Source: a virus (Duplodnaviria; Caudoviricetes). Taken from it: 31,621 nt of DNA. Under the pieces are notes generated by a model. That model searched no databases, was not told the DNA's origin, and worked only from the letters and a program-made list of their open reading frames with translations. The position numbers and the translations under genes are program-made. Location of the stretch: positions 1-31,621 of the IMG/VR virus record IMGVR_UViG_3300023180_006927. One strand, written 5' to 3'. Below are positions 27,453 to 31,621 of the stretch, in pieces (within the stretch, counting starts at the first letter, position 1; every line of letters starts with the position of its first letter).

Positions 27453-27480
27453 ATTATAATGTATACATCCTAAAAGTCAA
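27453..27480 (-). promoter_or_regulatory. sigma70-type promoter for tctA, predicted leaderless
   Basis: TTGACT-16-TATAAT; 6 nt between the -10 and the ATG. Confidence 0.6.
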
Positions 27481-28555
27481 TCACCGCGGCAGTGATGTTC
27501 TTGCGTCCATCTCCTAGTATGCCGCCTGTGCCTAGAAGACATGAGTTGTGTACCTTCTCGTTGAGCATTTTTATCCACTGGTAATACTCCTTGTACTTGT
27601 CATTCTCCTTCGTCCAGAACGAGAAGCGAGGTTGCTCCTGCCATGGCAACAGCCAGTCCTTGCTCTTGCTGTCGTGGAAGATGTCCAGTCCCTTGTACAT
27701 GATCTCGTCGTGTACCCATTCGTTGTTGGTGGTCCACAGGTCATCATTGCCCGTGATGTTCACACGCAACCTTTCTTGTTCCGTGGCGTTGTTGTACCAG
27801 TTCCTAATCTCCTCACCCACCTTTATCATTATGTCATGTGTTTCATAGAACCTCACTGTTGGCAACCGGAAACTGATCGCTCCCAATTGGTTGACCTCCG
27901 TGTCTCCCAGGAACAGCGACCAGGTGTCCGTCAATCTGTTGTGGATCGCATTCTTCCAACCCTGGCCTGACAGTATGACTCCGTTGCCGGCCATGCGCTC
28001 TGGAACAAAGTGATCTGTGCCTATCCTACAGATGTCGTCCAACATCTCCATTGTGGTTAGACTGCACCACAGTGCGTGGTCGTGGTGTTGCTCTATGGTC
28101 TTATCGTAGCACTCGTCTATGTCAAGATACCTCACTTTGGTCTGGGGGAATCTCTCGACATATGACTCCACGTGGTGCATGTTCTCTGATATCTCAGAGT
28201 TGAACCCTGTCCTGTGTGTTGCTGGATCGCCATGCACCTGCATGGATATAAGATCTATCTGGCAGTCGGCCTGCTCGGCCGCCTTCAGTATCATAGTGCT
28301 GTCGTGTCCGCCTCCCCAACTCAGTTCTACGTAGTCATACTGTTCACGCAGACTGGAGATCCTGTCTTGATACAGTTGTGCCAGTGAAACCGCGGGTGCG
28401 GGTCCTTGCTTCGTGAATTCTGTGTATACCTTGAGATCATCGAAGTGTTCGCACTCCAGCATGGCACTGATGGCGGTCGCGTATCGCTTGCCAGTCCTCT
28501 GATCAACGATGCCTTCCGCGAATGCATTCCCGGATGTAATGGCGCCTTTGTCCAT
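27470..28555 (-). CDS. PP-loop (adenine nucleotide alpha-hydrolase) protein
   Basis: LREQYDYVELSWGGGHDS (SGGxDS-like). Start placed at ATG 28555, 2 nt after the upstream stop. Confidence 0.6.
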   Translation of the reverse strand: MDKGAITSGNAFAEGIVDQRTGKRYATAISAMLECEHFDDLKVYTEFTKQGPAPAVSLAQLYQDRISSLREQYDYVELSWGGGHDSTMILKAAEQADCQIDLISMQVHGDPATHRTGFNSEISENMHHVESYVERFPQTKVRYLDIDECYDKTIEQHHDHALWCSLTTMEMLDDICRIGTDHFVPERMAGNGVILSGQGWKNAIHNRLTDTWSLFLGDTEVNQLGAISFRLPTVRFYETHDIMIKVGEEIRNWYNNATEQERLRVNITGNDDLWTTNNEWVHDEIMYKGLDIFHDSKSKDWLLPWQEQPRFSFWTKENDKYKEYYQWIKMLNEKVHNSCLLGTGGILGDGRKNITAAVIDF

Positions 28556-28557
28556 TG

Positions 28558-29277
28558 CTATTTGATTCTTTTTCGGCCTATTACTGTGAGTGAATCTCTC
28601 TGCACGTTCGAGTTGTTGAATGTGTGGTGCGGGAAGAACCAAGGCCACTCGTAGAAGTCGCCCATCTTCCAATCCTGTGCGATGCTCTCGCCCATTCCGA
28701 ACCCTTGTCCGTATGCCCAGTCCGTGAGGAATATGACACCTATGCGAACCTCACCACTGAGGATCGGATCGTCAAGGCTGTCGTGGATTCCGGCCATCTG
28801 CCTGTGTACGTCGACGTGGCTACCGGTGTGCTCGCCCGCGGCCTGTTGAAACCTTGAGTAACGCAGTTTCTCCCAACCCATGGGTTCTAGGAAGTCCCTG
28901 AGTGCGTTGTGTACGTCCCGTGACAGTTCACGGTCACCGGTCTGGTCAACTATGGTCCTGTTGGTCTTTGTTAGGTCCTTGGTCTCGTCACAGTAGATGT
29001 TGAGTTCGTAGATGTAATTCAATCTCGGTCTGGACGTGGGCAGTTGTGGTTGCAGGCCAAATGTTCCGCCGTTGCTTATAACCGGTGGTACCTCCCAGTC
29101 GGTCATCCTCTTTTGCGTTACGCCAAACTTCTCGAATGACTTCCACACGTTGCCGTGCTTCACGTATCCTGGTTTCTTCTTGTTCTTCTCGTACAGCCTC
29201 CAAGAGTTCATCTGGCTGACGCCCCAGGGTTTGATGTTATCTTTGAGAGGTTGCAGGTCTAGATTGGTCTTGTACAT
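28558..29277 (-). CDS. 2OG-Fe(II) oxygenase-like protein
   Basis: HxD in SHVD, IFLTDW..G, distal His in PHHTFN, Arg in RDSLTV. Confidence 0.7.
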   Translation of the reverse strand: MYKTNLDLQPLKDNIKPWGVSQMNSWRLYEKNKKKPGYVKHGNVWKSFEKFGVTQKRMTDWEVPPVISNGGTFGLQPQLPTSRPRLNYIYELNIYCDETKDLTKTNRTIVDQTGDRELSRDVHNALRDFLEPMGWEKLRYSRFQQAAGEHTGSHVDVHRQMAGIHDSLDDPILSGEVRIGVIFLTDWAYGQGFGMGESIAQDWKMGDFYEWPWFFPHHTFNNSNVQRDSLTVIGRKRIK

Positions 29278-29307
29278 TTAATTTCCTTTATTAGTGTGCC
29301 AATACCT

Positions 29308-29336
29308 AGTTTACTTATTCGGCCCACAGATGTCAA
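29308..29336 (-). promoter_or_regulatory. sigma70-type promoter
   Basis: TTGACA-17-TAAACT upstream of the oxygenase; SD AAGGA. Confidence 0.7.
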
Positions 29337-29354
29337 CTTGTAAATTCACATCTG

Positions 29355-29939
29355 CTATTCTAACAGTTCGTGGATCCCATAGTATAGGAAGTAAACCGCC
29401 AACGCAGTGAATATCCATCTGCTGGCACGGAATATCTTGCCTATGGGTATCCGCTTGATCTGGTTGCTGAACAAGTAGCACACCACGGCCAACGCACCTA
29501 TGCCGGCAACTGCGCCAACACCTATATCAATCAATGAGGTTCCGGCCACCCAGAGTCCCGAAAGGAAAGCAACGACCTCCGCACCTTCCCTGAACACCGT
29601 GAGGAACACTATGGTCGCCAGGGCCATCATGCTACCCGACATGTTGTTACTGATGTCTTTCATGTGCTGTGTGGCACCGTGACAGAACCATGCTGTCCAA
29701 AAGAGCAAGGCCGAGGCCGCCAAAGCCGTCCACGCTTCAACCAAATCGAAATCGTTCTGTATGAAATCTATTGCAAAATAACCCAACACCACGCTGGCGA
29801 TCAACGCCACGACCGTACTGGCGAATACGGTGAGTTTCTGCCTGTTGGTGTTTGCCATCAGCCACGCCATCTGCACTATGAGATAGGCCTCTAGGCCTTC
29901 CCTGAACCATATGAACGTTGATGCTGTTATGCCTGTCAT
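29355..29939 (-). CDS. FTR1-family iron permease
   Basis: Two RExxE motifs (FREGLEA, FREGAEV) in TM helices. Start placed at ATG 29939. Confidence 0.85.
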   Translation of the reverse strand: MTGITASTFIWFREGLEAYLIVQMAWLMANTNRQKLTVFASTVVALIASVVLGYFAIDFIQNDFDLVEAWTALAASALLFWTAWFCHGATQHMKDISNNMSGSMMALATIVFLTVFREGAEVVAFLSGLWVAGTSLIDIGVGAVAGIGALAVVCYLFSNQIKRIPIGKIFRASRWIFTALAVYFLYYGIHELLE

Positions 29940-29975
29940 GTTGTTATTGTACTGCAAATAGTTAGCAATCGCAAC

Positions 29976-30488
29976 CTAGTTGGTAAACTGAACTTGGTCT
30001 ATGATACTGTTCCACAGGTCAACGTCTGACCGGTAAACGCTTTTGACCTTGTCTATCTGCTCTTGTGTCAGTGTGGGTCTGGGATAATGACTCTGATTTA
30101 TAGGAACGCCAGTGACCGTGCCACCCAGTGCTTGGACGCATTCTGATGCGCTGGTCCAACATCGAACGCCCTCGGTCACGAAGTCCGTCTGTGGTCTGGT
30201 GTGCCACTCAAACCCAGTGGCCACGCCATTAATGAATTCGTCGAAACTGCCCTTGTGCTTGGTCATCTGGGCTCCGCCTTGGCTGTGTCTGTATATGCTA
30301 ATGACTCTCTCCACTGGGTCTCTCAGCACCGTGTGCCATTCGTAACCTTTGACATTTCCAGGTATGTGGGTGTGATGTGGCCTTATGCTTTCGAATCCGT
30401 CGACGGATCTGCATTGTGATTCTATGAATCTGCCGGCTGTGCGTGGAATGTGTATGAATCCCTTGCGTGTAGGATGTATTACGAACAC
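29976..30488 (-). CDS. Sulfotransferase family 2 protein
   Basis: FIHIPRTAG, VLRDPVERVISIY, HTRPQTDF, VYRSD. Confidence 0.8.
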   Translation of the reverse strand: MFVIHPTRKGFIHIPRTAGRFIESQCRSVDGFESIRPHHTHIPGNVKGYEWHTVLRDPVERVISIYRHSQGGAQMTKHKGSFDEFINGVATGFEWHTRPQTDFVTEGVRCWTSASECVQALGGTVTGVPINQSHYPRPTLTQEQIDKVKSVYRSDVDLWNSIIDQVQFTN

Positions 30489-30491
30489 GTC

Positions 30492-31091
30492 TTAGTCTTT
30501 GTCGTCTTCGGCTCTGGACGTGATGATCCTGTCCGCCAGTCCGTACGCCACTGCCTCTTCCGGGGTCATGAACTTGTCACGTTCCATGTCCGCTTTCAGC
30601 GTCTCTATGTCTCGGCCAGTTGTCTTGTGGTATATCTCTGTGAGTTCCCGCTTCCAGCGTAGCAGTTCGTTGGCCCTGATCTCCACGTCAGTGGCCTGTC
30701 CTGAGGCACCGCCCAGTGGCTGGTGTATCATGTGTCGTGCGTGTGGCAACATCAGGCGTTTGCCCCGTGTACCCGCTGACGCTAGGAGTGAGCCCATCGA
30801 ACACGCCTGGCCCACCACTATTGTCTGTATGTCAGACTTCACATACTGCATGGTGTCGTAGATCGCCATGCCCGCCGTTACCAGTCCGCCTGGCGAATTG
30901 ATATACAACGTGATATCCTTCGAGGCATCCTGTGATTCCAGGAACAACAGTTGAGCACACAAAACGCTGGATGTGTTCTCTCCTATCGGACCTTCCAACA
31001 TGATTATCCTGTCCCTGAGCAACCTACTGAAAATGTCGTAGGATCTCTCGCCCTTGGATGTCTGTTCTATCACTATTGGTGTAAGTGGCAT
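30492..31091 (-). CDS. clpP: ATP-dependent Clp protease proteolytic subunit
   Basis: [24 protein letters not shown] (Ser), MIHQP (His), ERDKFM (Asp). Start placed at ATG 31091. Confidence 0.95.
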   Translation of the reverse strand: MPLTPIVIEQTSKGERSYDIFSRLLRDRIIMLEGPIGENTSSVLCAQLLFLESQDASKDITLYINSPGGLVTAGMAIYDTMQYVKSDIQTIVVGQACSMGSLLASAGTRGKRLMLPHARHMIHQPLGGASGQATDVEIRANELLRWKRELTEIYHKTTGRDIETLKADMERDKFMTPEEAVAYGLADRIITSRAEDDKD

Positions 31092-31097
31092 ATTGTT

Positions 31098-31126
31098 ATA
31101 ATACACTATAACCCGCGGGAGGTCAA
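31098..31126 (-). promoter_or_regulatory. sigma70-type promoter for clpP, predicted leaderless
   Basis: TTGACC-17-TATTAT; 6 nt between the -10 and the ATG. Confidence 0.65.
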
Positions 31127-31142
31127 CCTTTCAAATAGGCTA

Positions 31143-31250
31143 TTATAATGTGTTGACGTATGCCGCCAGCGAGCACGTGGCCATGAATCCTATGAAGATC
31201 CAGCAGTCCACCGCGTATCGTTCTATGGTGTCGTATCTCTTCTTGCTCAT
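31143..31250 (-). CDS. 35-aa single-TM protein (not in the ORF track)
   Basis: MSKKRYDTIERYAVDCWIFIGFMATCSLAAYVNTL; TAATG coupling to the upstream gene. Confidence 0.5.
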   Translation of the reverse strand: MSKKRYDTIERYAVDCWIFIGFMATCSLAAYVNTL

Positions 31251-31429
31251 TACAGTTGCACCGGCACGATGTACTCCCGGCCGTCCACTTCTATGGTTGT
31301 CCGGATCGCGTAGCCGTGCTTGGGCAGGTACCAGGCCTGTTGCTTGGCTTTGCGTTGTCTGTTGAGGTTTGATTTACGATATGAGCCTGTGGAGACCCAG
31401 TTGTTTTCTTCGTCGTTGTACGGTATCAT
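31250..31429 (-). CDS. 59-aa hypothetical protein (not in the ORF track)
   Basis: MIPYNDEENNWVSTG...IEVDGREYIVPVQL; upstream AAAGGA. Confidence 0.55.
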   Translation of the reverse strand: MIPYNDEENNWVSTGSYRKSNLNRQRKAKQQAWYLPKHGYAIRTTIEVDGREYIVPVQL

Positions 31430-31621
31430 GATCGTGGATTGTTCCTTTGTTTTCTACTATTTTATCTGTTGCAGGTCCGGAAGTACACCTCGATTTGTGC
31501 ATAGGTGCCATGCAGATGGCGTCGGGGGCCTCCACTCTCGCATCGGTCTCCCCCGTAGTTGCCATGTAGTCGATTACTCTGTTAGTATACTGTATGCGGA
31601 GGGGTATTGCTACCTTTTAAT

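Noticed and set aside
28556-28672. Long N-terminal extensions of the PP-loop ORF and of the SGNH ORF (21018-21158)
   Set aside because: They overlap upstream genes; downstream ATGs give tight coupling and are better starts.
31465-31560. Cobalamin riboswitch (GCCCCCG, GACCTGC on the minus strand)
   Set aside because: No GGGAA or CCACTG elements and spacing does not fit; kept only as an unnamed structured leader.
1-31621. CRISPR array, transposase, integrase, intron or stop-codon reassignment
   Set aside because: No regularly spaced repeats or mobile-element motifs. Genes are intact in the standard code, all three stops are used, and no suppressor tRNA is present.

Overview
This window is a segment of a large, probably marine, tailed-phage genome (T4-related or jumbo-myovirus-like). 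An alphaproteobacterial host is inferred from the porin and TctC-like genes, not shown. The left arm (+ strand, AT-richer) carries surface-glycan enzymes, then a replication block: UvsW-like helicase, Hint-like protein, gp62-like clamp-loader subunit, zinc-finger protein, a 196-aa DnaE catalytic core, DnaG primase and DnaB/gp41 helicase. A sugar-acid cassette follows (cytidylyltransferase-RraA/aldolase fusion, DUF115/Maf-like transferase, FkbM methyltransferase, radical SAM). The right arm (mostly - strand, GC-richer) carries a porin, a second radical SAM, an SGNH protein, four tRNAs and small membrane/lipoproteins. It ends in an accessory uptake/metabolism block (two SDRs, TctC, TctA, PP-loop enzyme, 2OG-Fe(II) oxygenase, FTR1 iron permease, sulfotransferase) and ClpP. 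The main points for follow-up are the porin/TctA-TctC/FTR1 import set beside Fe- and 2OG-dependent enzymes, a ~200-nt G.U-rich structured element between tctA and tctC, the minimal DnaE, the sugar-acid cassette, and repeated promoter placement that predicts leaderless mRNAs. All protein calls come from motif reading by eye; no searches were run.
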